Shown here piece after piece: positions 37,645 through 49,055 of a DNA stretch of 64,000 nt. The notes under the pieces are model-generated. The model saw only the letters and a program-made list of their open reading frames with translations. It was not told the origin of the DNA and did not search any database. The stretch covers positions 51,994,078-52,058,077 of the forward strand of contig JASCQW010000190.1 in assembly GCA_030264375.1 (NCBI GenBank), written 5' to 3'. The position numbers and the translations under genes are program-made. The stretch comes from Carcharhinus longimanus. Taxonomy: Eukaryota. Every line of letters starts with the position of its first letter. Positions within the stretch are counted from its first letter, which is position 1.

Positions 37645-39035
37645 TTCTTTGGGTTAAAAATCTCCTTGATGCTGTTCAGCTTCCTTGTCAATTGGCTGTT
37701 ACTAAAAGTGTTGCACATACGAAAGGGGACATTCCTGTGCAATTAGGGAATGCCTGTGCTGATTCAGCTGCCAAGGCGGCAGACGAAACAGCATCCGTGA
37801 TTGTTCCCACTGGGGGTAATCAGGCTCTAAACTGGGTACCTGCATTAGGGACTAAGAGCATGCCAGCGATAACTGAGGTTCAGTGTTTACAGAGGGGCGT
37901 CTCTGATTCTGAGCGCACACTATGGAAGTCACTGGGGTATTCATACTCCTTGGCATGGGACCTCTGGCTTACTCCAGTTGGTCAAGTTTGTATTCTGGAT
38001 TCTTTATTATCGGTATTTACTGACTATTTACATTCTTGTACCCATCTTGGCAAGGAGGGAATGGGACAGCTACTTCTAAAAACTTGGTGGCACCCAGAGT
38101 TGAATACAGCAGTGCAAAAGTGGCTGGATCGATGCCTTATTTGCATGAAAAATAATAAGGGTAAAGGTATTAAATGCCCTCTTGGAACCACTTCCTTGCC
38201 AGATGGTCCTTTTGCCTGTATACAGCTTGGTGTTATTGAATTACCAAAAGTACATTGCTATGAACATTGTTTAGTAATAATCGATGTGTTTAGTAAATAG
38301 ATTGAAGCCTTCTCCACCAGGAATTGGACTGCACATACGGTGGTGAACTTGTTGTTGACAGAAGTTATTCCCCGTTTTGGGGTACCCAAAATGGTGAGCT
38401 CAGATAATGGACCACGTTTTGTGGCCCCGATCAACACTGAATTGTGCGATGCACTCATAATTAAAGAACAACTGCACTGCGCGTATCACCCACAGGCAGC
38501 AGGAATTGTGAAAAGGGCTAATGGAACTTTAAAAGAAAAATTATCTAAATTGACTGAAGAAACTGGATTAAATTGGCTAAAGGTATTGCCCTTGGCATTG
38601 CTTCACATGCATTGATTCCCCATTTGCGGACCGGACTGTCAACTGCAGAGATAGTCTATGGTCGGCCAATGAGGACTCCCTGGAACGCCCATGAGAAATC
38701 CCTGGAGGGAGTAGACCTCCATGTGATGGGTGAAACAGATGCAGAATTATTTGAAGCAATTAACACTTTCTCTGAAGTTTCTCCACTCCTTGGTAAAACA
38801 GGCACATGTCCTAGTGACAGCAGGGAGAACCACCTTTCGATACCCCATGATCGAACCCAGAGACTACGTATTGGTGAAGAACTAGGATAGGAAGAAATTA
38901 GGACAACGCTGGATCGATCCTTTTCAAGTGCTACTGACAACACCGACTTCAGTCAAGCTTGACGGACGTTGAAGTTGGGTTCATCTGTCCGATTGAAAGA
39001 AGATTATATCTAACCCAGATACAAATAGAAGATGA
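37645..39035 (+). pseudogene. pol: ERV pol lineage 2: RNase H C-terminus and integrase (copy 1)
   Basis: LLDAVQLP..AHTKG..GNACAD, HHCC (HSCTHLG...CLIC), SSDNGP, YHPQAAGIV.RANGTLK, and a GPY/F-like C-terminus. Stops are present. Confidence 0.9.
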
Positions 39036-40063
39036 AGATCCTCATTATAGTTTTCGGACTTTGTGGACAATTTGGACTTAATGGACACATGGTAGTAAAA
39101 AAACGAGTTACCCAAAGTCTGTATGCTAATACTTATTTATTTATGTCATATATGTATGCTGAAAAATTGAATATAAGCAAGTGTTGGGTTTGCACCCACA
39201 TCCCCGTCCATTCGAGGGAAGGAATACCTCTCCAATCCCTCCAATTCTATATAGCAGAAACAGTTGAATGGATTCTATGTCAAAACCGAACTGGGATGGG
39301 GGAGATATGATAAAATGGAAATCGACTGGCTATGAAATGACTAGGTTTTCAGCTTGGTACCAGCCTACTTATAATCATGCCTTGCTTCCACCCTCCTTTA
39401 TTATCCCCTTGAATAATGTGTGAGGTTCCCTATGTTTTAGTAAATCAGATAAAGGAAAATGGATGGGGCAAAGTAGATGCAACCTTACAGCTGAGTGGCA
39501 AGGACCAGTAGCAAACCTATTGACCAAGGGTATATTTTTTCTTGATTGGTCTGGGGTATGGAATATAACCTCCAATAGCTTGTGGGCACATACATCCCCA
39601 ACACCCTGGATGACATTGGCTCATGATTTTATGGCCTATAATGGAACAACTGACAAATGCAATAGCAGCAGAAGCCAGGACAACTGGACAGGCACTGGCC
39701 GAAGTCATGGCTGAGCTGGTGGCTGTCCGGACCATGGCATTACAAAATCGACTGGCTTTGGATTATCTGTTAGCCTCGCAGGGAGGAACGTGCGCCATTG
39801 TAGATCAGGAATACTGTACTTATATCCCAGATGCCTCTGAAAATATCACCAACCTGGCTGACCATATTAAGAGACAGGCTGCTCAAATTCAAGAGATTGG
39901 CTGTGAATTTCTTGACTACGACCCACTGGGTTGGTTGGGATGGTTGGGTCACGGATTATTTGATTGGATTTTTAAGGCCTTCATGCTACTGCTACTGGGG
40001 ATAGGATTGCTTGGTTGCTTGTGTAAATGCATTTTTAATCAGGTCATGGATATACCTATTTAA
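39032..40063 (+). pseudogene. env: ERV env copy 1 (gamma-type, internally deleted, frameshifted)
   Basis: Signal peptide, CWVC motif, ISD LQNRLALDYLL, degenerate CX6CC (CAIVDQEYC) and TM helix. No furin site or fusion peptide. Confidence 0.9.
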
Positions 40064-40094
40064 TTAGTTGTCATGATATGACAAAAAGAGGGAA

Positions 40095-40664
40095 TGTGAA
40101 GTTGTATGAATGAAGTAGCGGCATGATGGGAAAATTGGTCAAGTATTTGGTACAAAATAAGGAAAACTGACTTTGCATAACCTAAGACATGAATAAGACC
40201 AGAGAAGGTTAAGCTGTGCCTAACCTTGGTAAGACCTGATAAGGCTGACTCGACGTGACCTAGAGCTGGATAACAAGATAAGGTCAGGGATGAAGGAGTC
40301 ATCAACCTTCTTCTGTTCTATCAAAGGACAAGATAAAGATATGACTGATGAGACAAAGAGTTCTGGGAGGTCTGCAGGCTGTACCATGATTTATGACATT
40401 GCTTATTACGCTATTACTGATCAAATTCCTCAATAAGCTCTGGTCATCCAAACAGATAATGATTATGTATAAATACTGAACTGATTCTTTATGTTAGGGT
40501 GGACTTGAGGAAGAATCAGCAAGTCGTAATGACGGTTCTCTGAACTCAAGTTTTTGCCAATACTGCATGCAGTCTTTCGTAAATAAAGACAAGTTATTTT
40601 GTTGGAACGGACTTTTTGAGTCTTTCTACCACAGTCAAGAAGCAGGAAGATTTCCACTTCAACA
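40095..40664 (+). repeat. Internal 3'-type LTR (type B, related but distinct subfamily) preceded by a PPT
   Basis: PPT AAAAAGAGGGAA at 40083-40094, then TGTGAAGTTG...CTTCAACA, with TATAAATA near 40468 and AATAAA near 40582. No PBS follows. Confidence 0.85.
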
Positions 40665-41229
40665 CTACCACTACACCAGAAGACTGCCTTGGACATTTAC
40701 TGCACCGTATCAATTTTACGATTAATAGATTTGTAATTATTAACAAGGTTTTTCAATGGGTATCTTGATGAAACAATCTTTAAAAATGATATATTGGTAA
40801 GGAGAAAATGAGGAATTTGGAGATTAAAATGATCATTTTTAACTAATTAACCACTCTTTTATAATCTGTGATTTTATGTGTGGAAGTTGAGAAAAAAAAA
40901 TTATTTTCCTTGTTTAATAATTCAAGAGAAAAGACAACAACAATACTGTCAATTTTTAGAGTGTCCCTGAATTTTAAGAAGTATTGCTAAAGGGATTATC
41001 AGTAGACTTTGGGATTTTCTACCTTCTGACATAATTAAATTAATCACTAGATGCTAGACACCAATTCAGCGTCCATCACCAAGATGAGACAGATAAATGA
41101 CATACGTATGAAATGATTGATAATTCATGATGCAATAAATGATTGGAGTTAGTTCCTTGGTCTTCAGAATCCAATATAGTGCTAAACAATCTTCATGCTG
41201 TAATACAAGGCATATGCCTTATCTGATCC

Positions 41230-43020
41230 CATCTTGTTTATTAGACTTATTTCCTGTTCCATCAAACCTGTTAACACTAAACTGCTGATCACCCAACTTC
41301 CCCTCCTGGCTCCCCTGTTAGCTGATATTATTAATGGATCTCACTCTTCAGGTATTGTTCCTCTGTCCTTTCAATCTGCCACCATCATCCTCTATTTAAG
41401 GAACCAATCCTTAACAGCACCATCCTTGAAAACTACTACCCAATCTCCAACGTCCCTCTCTTCTTCAAAGTTCTTGAACATGTTTTCGACTCCAAAATCT
41501 GTTCCCATTTTTCCCAGAATTGCGGATTTGAATCCTCTAATCAGGTTTCCGTCCCTGCCACAGTAGCAAGATCACAAATAACATCCTATTTGATAGTGAC
41601 AAAGGTAAATTTTCCCTCCTTGGCCTTCTCGACCTTCCATAAACTTTGACATTATAGAAGCCATTGTTGTCTTTACATTTGCAGAGAAGGGGACTTATAA
41701 TATTTGTCTTAAGTTGGTGGGGCATAGGATGTTCCTAAATCAAAACGTAGTTTCTTGTTTGTTTCAAGCTGAGCCACACCTAGTGAGAATTAACCAAGAA
41801 GGGCAGTAGTAAAAAATATAACATTTTGAAAGCAGCTCATTTGTAATCCTGGCGCAATTACAGTTTCTTGATCAGCATTATCATCAACAACGCTATCATC
41901 ATCTGTTAACATCATTAAATCAACAGCATCTTCATTATTATCAACAAATCAACATCATCTTCATCACCATCATCTCATACACATACCAATTGACTTTAAT
42001 TTATGACACAATAAAGAAACAATACGAATGCAACTGTGCAAAGCAAATATCAAATAACTTATTGATGTTCGAATTTAAGAATCTCCACCCATGTGTCAGC
42101 TACCGTTGTAAGTAAATAAATCTCCTGTTTTTCAATGTTCAGGAAGTCTAAATGCCTGGAATTACTCTTAAATTTTCTTACATTGAGCCAAAGTGGCAGA
42201 GTGGTTAGCACTGCGGCCTCACAGCATCGAAATACGCATTCAATTCCAGCTTTGGGTGACTGTGTGGAGTTTGTATGTTCTCCCCATGTCTGTGTGACTT
42301 TCCTCCAGGTGCTTCAGTTTCCTCCCACAGTCCAAATATATGTAGGTTAAGGGGATTAGCGTAGTGGGGTTAAGGGAAGCGGGGTGTTGGTCTGTGTATG
42401 ATGCTCTATTGGGAGTTGGTGCAGACTCGATAGGTCAAATGGCCTTCTTCTGCACTCCAGGCTCTATGAATCTAAGTATAACAACTTAATGGTGAATCAT
42501 GAAACCTTAGCTTAAGGAACTCAAACCAACTAAGGAATGATGTAATTGCTTTGCTTTTGCTACAGAACAGCCATAGATAGAGTTGATCACACCATTGCTC
42601 TCTTCCAATGCTTCTCCACTGTCGTCCATTTGGGCGGGACTGGTCTCAAGTGTCTCCATTTTTATCTATCAAATCGTTGACAAAGAATCACTTGCCACAG
42701 CTTTGCTTCTTGTCTTGCCTGACATCTCGGTGTCTCCCAAGGATCAATCCTTGGCCCCTCCTATTTCTCGGCTACAAGCTGAGATCATCTGAAGTAAAGC
42801 AATAATTTTCACATGTATGCTGATGACGACAATCTCTACTTCACCACCACCTATTTTGACTCCACCATTGTTGCTAAATTATCAGACCAATGAGCAGAAT
42901 TACCTCCCATTAAATATTTACAATATTAAAATCATTGTTTTCAGCTCCTGTGCCAAATTATTTCACTATTGGCTCCATCCCTCTCCTTGGCAACAGTCTG
43001 AGATTAAGCCAATCTGTTTG
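41230..43020 (+). mobile_element. Degraded L2-type LINE RT in two pieces (about 41230-41640 and 42575-43020) with intervening insertions
   Basis: LAPLLADIINGS..SGIVP..F.SA, then LLDL, (V)DH, PQGSILGPLLF and HMYADD motifs with frameshifts. Confidence 0.6.
42190..42475 (+). mobile_element. V-SINE, type A tail
   Basis: Head, V domain and CR1-like tail. Confidence 0.8.
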
Positions 43021-43254
43021 TATCTTTGATATCACAAATGTGTCACCAAGTTTTGTCAATCTGGCTTAATAGGGACGTTCTTACTGTTGTGCCCAGATGG
43101 GCAGGGCGAGTAGGTAAGATTGCAAGTGAGCTGGAAAGTCAGATTTGCACCCGATTTCTCATCTCTTGCAATCTTACCAGTACCGGATGTGCTGCACGAT
43201 CAGCCTCATGCCCATTTATTTAATTAATTCATTAAATTCATTGTAATGGTGATT

Positions 43255-43575
43255 TGGCAGCACAGTGGCACAGTGATTAGCACTGCTGCCTCACACTGTC
43301 AGGGACCCAGGTTCAATTCCAGCCTCGGGTCAGTGTCTGTGTGGGGTTTGCACTTTCTCCCCTTGTCTTGTGGGTTTCCTCTGGGTGGTCTGGTTTCCTC
43401 CCACAGTCCAAAGATGTGCAGGTTAGGTTGATTGTCCATGTTAAATTGGCCCTAGTGTCAGGGGATTAGCTGGGTAAATGAGAGTTACAGGAATAAGGCC
43501 TGTGCGGGATTGTGGTTGGTACAAACTTGATGGGTCAAATGGCCTTCTTCTGTACTATAGAGATTCTATGAATGA
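43255..43575 (+). mobile_element. V-SINE, type A tail (an inverted type A tail follows at about 43640-43775)
   Basis: Head, V domain and tail. A reverse-complement tail lies before the gap. Confidence 0.8.
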
Positions 43576-43875
43576 AATCAGTGAGCCCAGGACTCAATCT
43601 CCAGGCTCACTCGCCTGTGTGGCCTCGCCATGGGAAGTTCTGAACCATATTACGGAACCCTACAGTGCAGAAAGAGGCCCTTTGGCCCATTGAGTCTACA
43701 CCAAACACAATCCCACCCAGGACCTATCCCCATGTCCTTACATATTATACCTACTAATCCCTCTAACCTATGCATNNNNNNNNNNNNNNNNNNNNNNNNN
43801 NNNNNNNNNNNNNNNNNNNNNNNNNNNNNNNNNNNNNNNNNNNNNNNNNNNNNNNNNNNNNNNNNNNNNNNNNNN

Positions 43876-44741
43876 TTAAATGCCGTCCCGGAACCACTCC
43901 CTTGCCAGATGGCCCTTTTGCCTGTATACAGCTTGATTTTACTGAATTACCAGAAGTACATTGCTATATATATTGTTTAGTAATAATCGATGTGTTTAGT
44001 AAATGGATTGAAGCCTTCCCCACCAGGAATTGTACTGCACATATGGTGGTGAAATTATTGTTGACAGAAGTTATTCCTCGTTTCGGGGTACCCAAAATGG
44101 TGAGTTCAGATAATAGACCACATTGTGTGGCCCGGATCAATACTGAATTGTGCGAAGCACTTGTAATTAAACAACAACTGCACTGCATGTATCACCTGCA
44201 GGCAGCAGGAACTGTGGAAAGGGCTAACAGGACTTTAAAAGAAAAATTATCTAAATTGACTGAAGAAACTGGATTAAATTGGCTAAAGCTATTGCCCTTG
44301 GCATTGTTTCACACGCGAGTGATTCCCCACTTGTGGACTGGACTGTCAGCTGCAGAGATAGTCTACGGTCAGCCAATGAGGACTCCCTGGGATGCCCATG
44401 AAAAACCCTACAGGGAGTAGACCTCCAGGTAATGGGGGAACAGATGCAGAATTATTTGAAGCAACTAACACTTTCTCTGAAGTTTCTCCACTCCTAGGTG
44501 AAACAAGCACATCTCCCAGAGACACCGGGGACAGCCACCTCTCGATACCAAAATGATCGAACCCGGAGACTACGTATTGGTAAAGAACTGGAATAGGAAG
44601 AAATTAGGACAACGCTGGAGTGGTCTTTTTCAAGTGCTACTGACAATACCGACTTCTGTCAAGATTAAAGGACGTTCAAGTTGGGTACACTTGTCCAATT
44701 GTAAGAAGATTACATCCAACCCAGATACGAATAGAAGATGA
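43876..44741 (+). pseudogene. pol: ERV integrase (copy 2)
   Basis: ORFs 43770..44420 and 44553..44741 (QLDFTELP, IDVFSKWIEAFP, SSDN, ERANRTLK). Paralogous to 38170-39035. Confidence 0.9.
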
Positions 44742-45878
44742 AGATCCTCATCATATTTTTCCAACTTTGTGGACTATTTGGACTTAATGGACATGTGATA
44801 GTAAAAAAACGAGTTACCCAAAGACCGCATGCTAATACTTATTTATATATGTCATATATGTATGCTGAAAAATTGAATATAAGCAAATATTGGGGTTGTA
44901 CCTACATCCCCATCCATTCATGGGAAGGAATACCTCTCCAATCCCTCCCATTCCATATAGCAGAGACAGCTGAATGGATTCTATGTCAAAACCAAACAGG
45001 AATTGGGGGAGATATGATAAAATGGAAATCGGCTGGCTATGAAATGACTAGGTTTTTAGCTTGGTACCAGCCTACTTATAATCATGCCTTGCTTCCATCC
45101 TCCCCTATTGTCCCCTCAAGTGATGTGCGAGGTTCTCTATGTTTTAGTAAATCAGGGAAAGGAAAGTTAATGGGGCAAAGTAGATGCAACCTTACAGCTA
45201 AGTGGCACGGACCAGTAGCAAATCTATCTAGCAAGGGTATGTTTATTTTTGATTGGTCCAAAGAGCTAACTTCCAATAGCTCGTGGGCACATCCCCAACA
45301 TCCTGGATGACACTGGCTGATGATTTTACAGCCTATAATGGAACAACAGCAGAAGCCAAGGCGACTGGACAGGCACTAGCCGAGGTCTTGGCTGAGCTGG
45401 TGGCTGTTCAGACCGTGGCATTACAAAACCGAATGGCTTTGGACGATCTATTAGCCTCGCATGGAGGGACGTGTGCTATTATAGGTTAGGAGTGCTGCAA
45501 TTATATCCCAGATGCCTCTGAAAATATCACTAACCTGGCCAGCTACATTAGGAGGCAGGCTGATCAACTTCAAGAGGTTGGCCGGGAATTTCATTCCCAG
45601 AAAGCGGGAAAGTGGATTTGATCCACTTCAGATCAGCCACGATCTTAATGAATGGCGAGGCAGGCTCGAAGGGCTAGCTGGCTTACTCCTGCTCCTATTT
45701 CTTATGTTCTTATGTTCATGATTATAACCCACCGGGTTGGTTAGGATGTTTGGGTCACAGATTATTCGGTTGGATCTTTAAGACTTTTATTTTGCTACTA
45801 TTACTGTTACTTGGGATAGGATTGCTTGGTTGCTTGTGTAGATGCATTATTAATTGAGTCACGGATATACCTATTTAG
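44738..45878 (+). pseudogene. env: ERV env copy 2 (defective; open 190-aa SU fragment, TM broken by a stop and a CR1 insertion)
   Basis: ORF 44738..45310 is homologous to copy 1. ISD LQNRMALDDLL is followed by a TAG inside the CX6CC motif. Confidence 0.88.
45595..45714 (+). mobile_element. Short CR1 3'-end insertion in env copy 2
   Basis: CR1-type 3' UTR with a (TTCTTATG)n tail and TTCAT duplicated at 45590-45594 and 45715-45719. Absent from env copy 1. Confidence 0.8.
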
Positions 45879-45909
45879 TTAGTTGTCATGATATGACAAA
45901 AGGAGGGAA

Positions 45910-46515
45910 TGTGATATTGTACGAATGAAGTAGTGGCATGATGGGAAAATTGGTCAAGTATTTGGTACAAAGGAAAACTGACTCTGCATATTCTAAGACA
46001 TGAATAAGACCAGAGAAGGCCAAATACCTGACCTCAGTCTGTTTTGGTAAGGTTGACTCCACACACCCTAAGTCTACATACGCAAAACAAAGATAAGGTC
46101 AGAGATGAAAAAGACACAGAACCTTCCATTACATCAGAAAACAAGGTATGGTCAGAGATCATGGAACCTTCTTGTTCCTTCAACAGACAAGATAATGATA
46201 TTATTGATGAGACAGAGGGTCTCGGAGGTCACCGGGTTACAATACAATTAATGATGTATTACTGCTTGTATTACTAATTGAATTCCTGAAGTCATGTAAG
46301 CTGATAAGGAAAAGGTATAACTATTGAATTGATTCTTGTAGTTGGGGCAGTCTTGGTATAGAATCAGCAGTTTGTACGGACTGCTTTCTCTTCTCAAGAT
46401 TCAGCCATATACTGCATGCAGTTTTGTGATAATAAAAGCTAGTTGTTTTTTCAAAGCAAACTCTGTTAAGTTTTACTATCACAGCTCAGAAAACAAGAAA
46501 TTCTCCACTACAACA
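45910..46515 (+). repeat. ERV 3' LTR (type A)
   Basis: PPT AAAAGGAGGGAA at 45898-45909, TG...CA ends, followed by the TTGC TSD. Confidence 0.93.
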
Positions 46516-47580
46516 TTGCGCCGCAACCTGAGATAGATCCCATCTGGCCTGGGGACTTGTTTATCTTAATGCAATTTAAGATTCTCAACATTTCCTCCTT
46601 CAATATATTGATATTTTCTGGAGTGTTCACACACCCTGACCTCAACATCTGTCATGTCCTTCTTCTTGGTGAATACTGATACAAAGTATTCATTAAGAAT
46701 CTCACCCACTTCCTATGGCTCCATGTATAACTTCCCTCCATTGTCCTTGAGTGGACCTACTCTTTCACTTGCTACCCTCTTGCTCCTAATATATAGATAA
46801 AAAGCCTTGGGATTCTCCTTGACCTTGTTTGCTAAAGACATTTCATGCCCCACTTTAGCCCTCCTAATTCCATATTTAAGTTCCTTTCTACTTTTTATTC
46901 CTCGAAGGCTTTGTCGGTTTTCAGATGCCTAGGCATATCGCATGCTTCCTTTTTCCTCAGCTGAGAATTTCCCTTGATATTTAAGGTTCCTGAATCCTGC
47001 CATTTCTATCCTATGTTTTTACAGGGACATGCCTGTCCTGCACTTCAATCAACTGACCTTTAAAAGCCTCCCACATGCCAGACATGGATTTGCCCTCAAA
47101 GAGCTGCTCCCAATCCACATTTCCCAGTTCCTCTCTAATTTGTATGTAATTGGCCCTCACCCAATTAAGCACGCTCACCCAAGGACCCCTCCTGTCCTTA
47201 TGCATGACTACCCAAAATCTTAAGGAATTATGGTTGCGAAGCTCAAAATACTCTCCCAGTATATCAACATACTGTGTCAAAAAGTCCTCCTGGACACATC
47301 AAACAAATTGTTCTCCATCCGAGTCCCTGGCTTTAAGAGAATCTCAGTCAATATGGGAGAAGGTAGTCACCCACCACAACGACCCTGCTTTTTTCACACC
47401 TTTTCAGTATCTAACTGTCTGCTCCTCTGCCTCATGCAGGCTGCTGGGAGATTTTTAGTACACTCCCAACATTGTGATTTCCCCCTTCCTATTCTTGAGC
47501 TCCACCTGTAATGCCACTCTAAAGGATCCCTCCAATGTGTCCTCCCTCAACTCAGCTGTGCCCCCCAGTCCAGCAATGCA
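46516..47580 (-). mobile_element. CR1 LINE ORF2 fragment split by the ERV (other part at 32951-33021)
   Basis: Removing the ERV and one TSD restores SPGPDGIYLRLRRKAREEITGGLTDI. The minus ORF 47011..47280 is CR1-like (IREELGNVDWEQLFEGK...WEAFK). Confidence 0.85.
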
Positions 47581-47609
47581 ACTCCCCCACCCCGTTTGTC
47601 CTGTCTAAA

Positions 47610-48620
47610 ACAATCACAAATTGATGGATGAAGTGCCTAATGGGCTTTGATGGTTCAAGTTTCTCAAGCTACATTCATTCCAATCAAGTAGAAGGCATCA
47701 CATTCTTGATAGCGTGACAGTGAGTTGCTGGTTACAGAACTCCCAGCCTCTGACCTGCTCTTGTAGCCACGATATTTAGATGGCTGATCCAGTTCAATAG
47801 TAACCCCCAAGATGTTGAAAGTGGGATAATGTTTTAAAATGTCATGGGATGATGGTTATTGCCTGGCATCTGTGTGGCTTACTTAGCAGCCCAAGCCTCA
47901 ACTTTGTCCAGGTTTTGTTGCATGTCAGCACACACTGCCTCAGTAACTGAATTGCAAATTGTGCAATCATGATCTAACACTATGTTGTAGGGAAGGTCAT
48001 AGATGAAGCAGCTGGAGATGATTGGGTCTAGGACAATGCCATGAGGAACTCCTGCAGCAACGTCCTGGACATGAGAAATTTGGCTTCTAGCAAACACAAT
48101 TTTGTGTGTTAGATATGATTTCAATCATTAAAGATTTTCTCCCATCCCAATTTCCACTGATCTCAATGACAATACTATTGACAACAACTTCTACTGTTAA
48201 TAATAGAGTGAACTAAAAGGATGATAAATTGGCTGGATTGGATTTGTCCTGCTTTTTGTAGACATGATGTACCTGGGCAATTTATCACATTGCTGGGTAG
48301 ATGCCAGTGTGATAGCTGCAACAGGAAGATTGGTGAGGACAAAGTCAAGTAGATATTTCCCTCTTGTTGGCTTTCACCATCTGCTGCATATCATGTCTGG
48401 CAGATATGTCCTTCATTATCTGGGCAGCTTGGTCAGTGGCTTATGGAATTGATGTGTTCCTCCCTCCCCGCTACACAGCACATTTGGTGCCCTTGCTATG
48501 GCCAAGTAGTGTTCAACATCAAGGCAGCGTATCATCAGCTGAGAGAGCAGTTGGTGATAATCAGCAGGCCATGAGATGTTATGGGGTCTGGAGTCAATGT
48601 TAAGAACTTCCAGGGCCTTT
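47610..48620 (-). mobile_element. CR1/L2-clade LINE fragment
   Basis: Minus ORF with AGVPHGIVLDPIISSCFIYDLP...MQQNLDKVEAWA. Confidence 0.7.
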
Positions 48621-48839
48621 CCCTCTTGATTATATATTACAGCCCCATTGGTTGCTCCTGTTTTATTATTCTTTAACTTTTCAGAAACAGTGTGATATAC
48701 CCGGGTGACTTACTAGGCCACTTTAGAGGGCAGTTAAGAGTCAATCATGTTTCTGTGGATCTTGAATCATATGTACGTCAGACGAGAACAGGAAAGCAGA
48801 TTTCCTTCCTAAGGACATTAGTGAACCAGGTGGACTTCC

Positions 48840-49055
48840 ACAGAATCCCTACAGTCCTACAGTGCACAGGGAAGCCGTTCAGCCCGTCGAGTCTGCACCG
48901 AGCACAATCCCACCCAGGTCCTATTCCTGCAACCCCACATATTTACCCTGTGAGTCCCCCTGACACTAGGGTAAATTTAGTATGGCCAATCCACCTAACC
49001 CGCACACCTTTGGACTGTGGTTGGAAACCGGAGCAACCAGAGGGAACCCACGCAA
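48840..49055 (-). mobile_element. V-SINE type A, partial
   Basis: Reverse complement of the tail and V domain. Confidence 0.75.

Larger units (their letters stand above)
33022..46515 (+). mobile_element. Defective endogenous retrovirus complex (class I gamma/epsilon-like), antisense in RFWD3 intron 2
   Basis: Bounded by two related TG...CA LTRs with TTGC duplicated at 33018-33021 and 46516-46519. Contains a PBS, gag start, RT (QYVDD), RNase H, integrase, env and PPT. Confidence 0.9.

Noticed and set aside
41870-41980. (ATC/AAC)-rich tract that could encode an acidic peptide on the minus strand
   Set aside because: A degenerate microsatellite with no ORF or splice support.
39032-45878. Domesticated syncytin-like env gene
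   Set aside because: Both copies have frameshifts or stops, lack the furin site and fusion peptide, and have a damaged CX6CC or CXXC motif.
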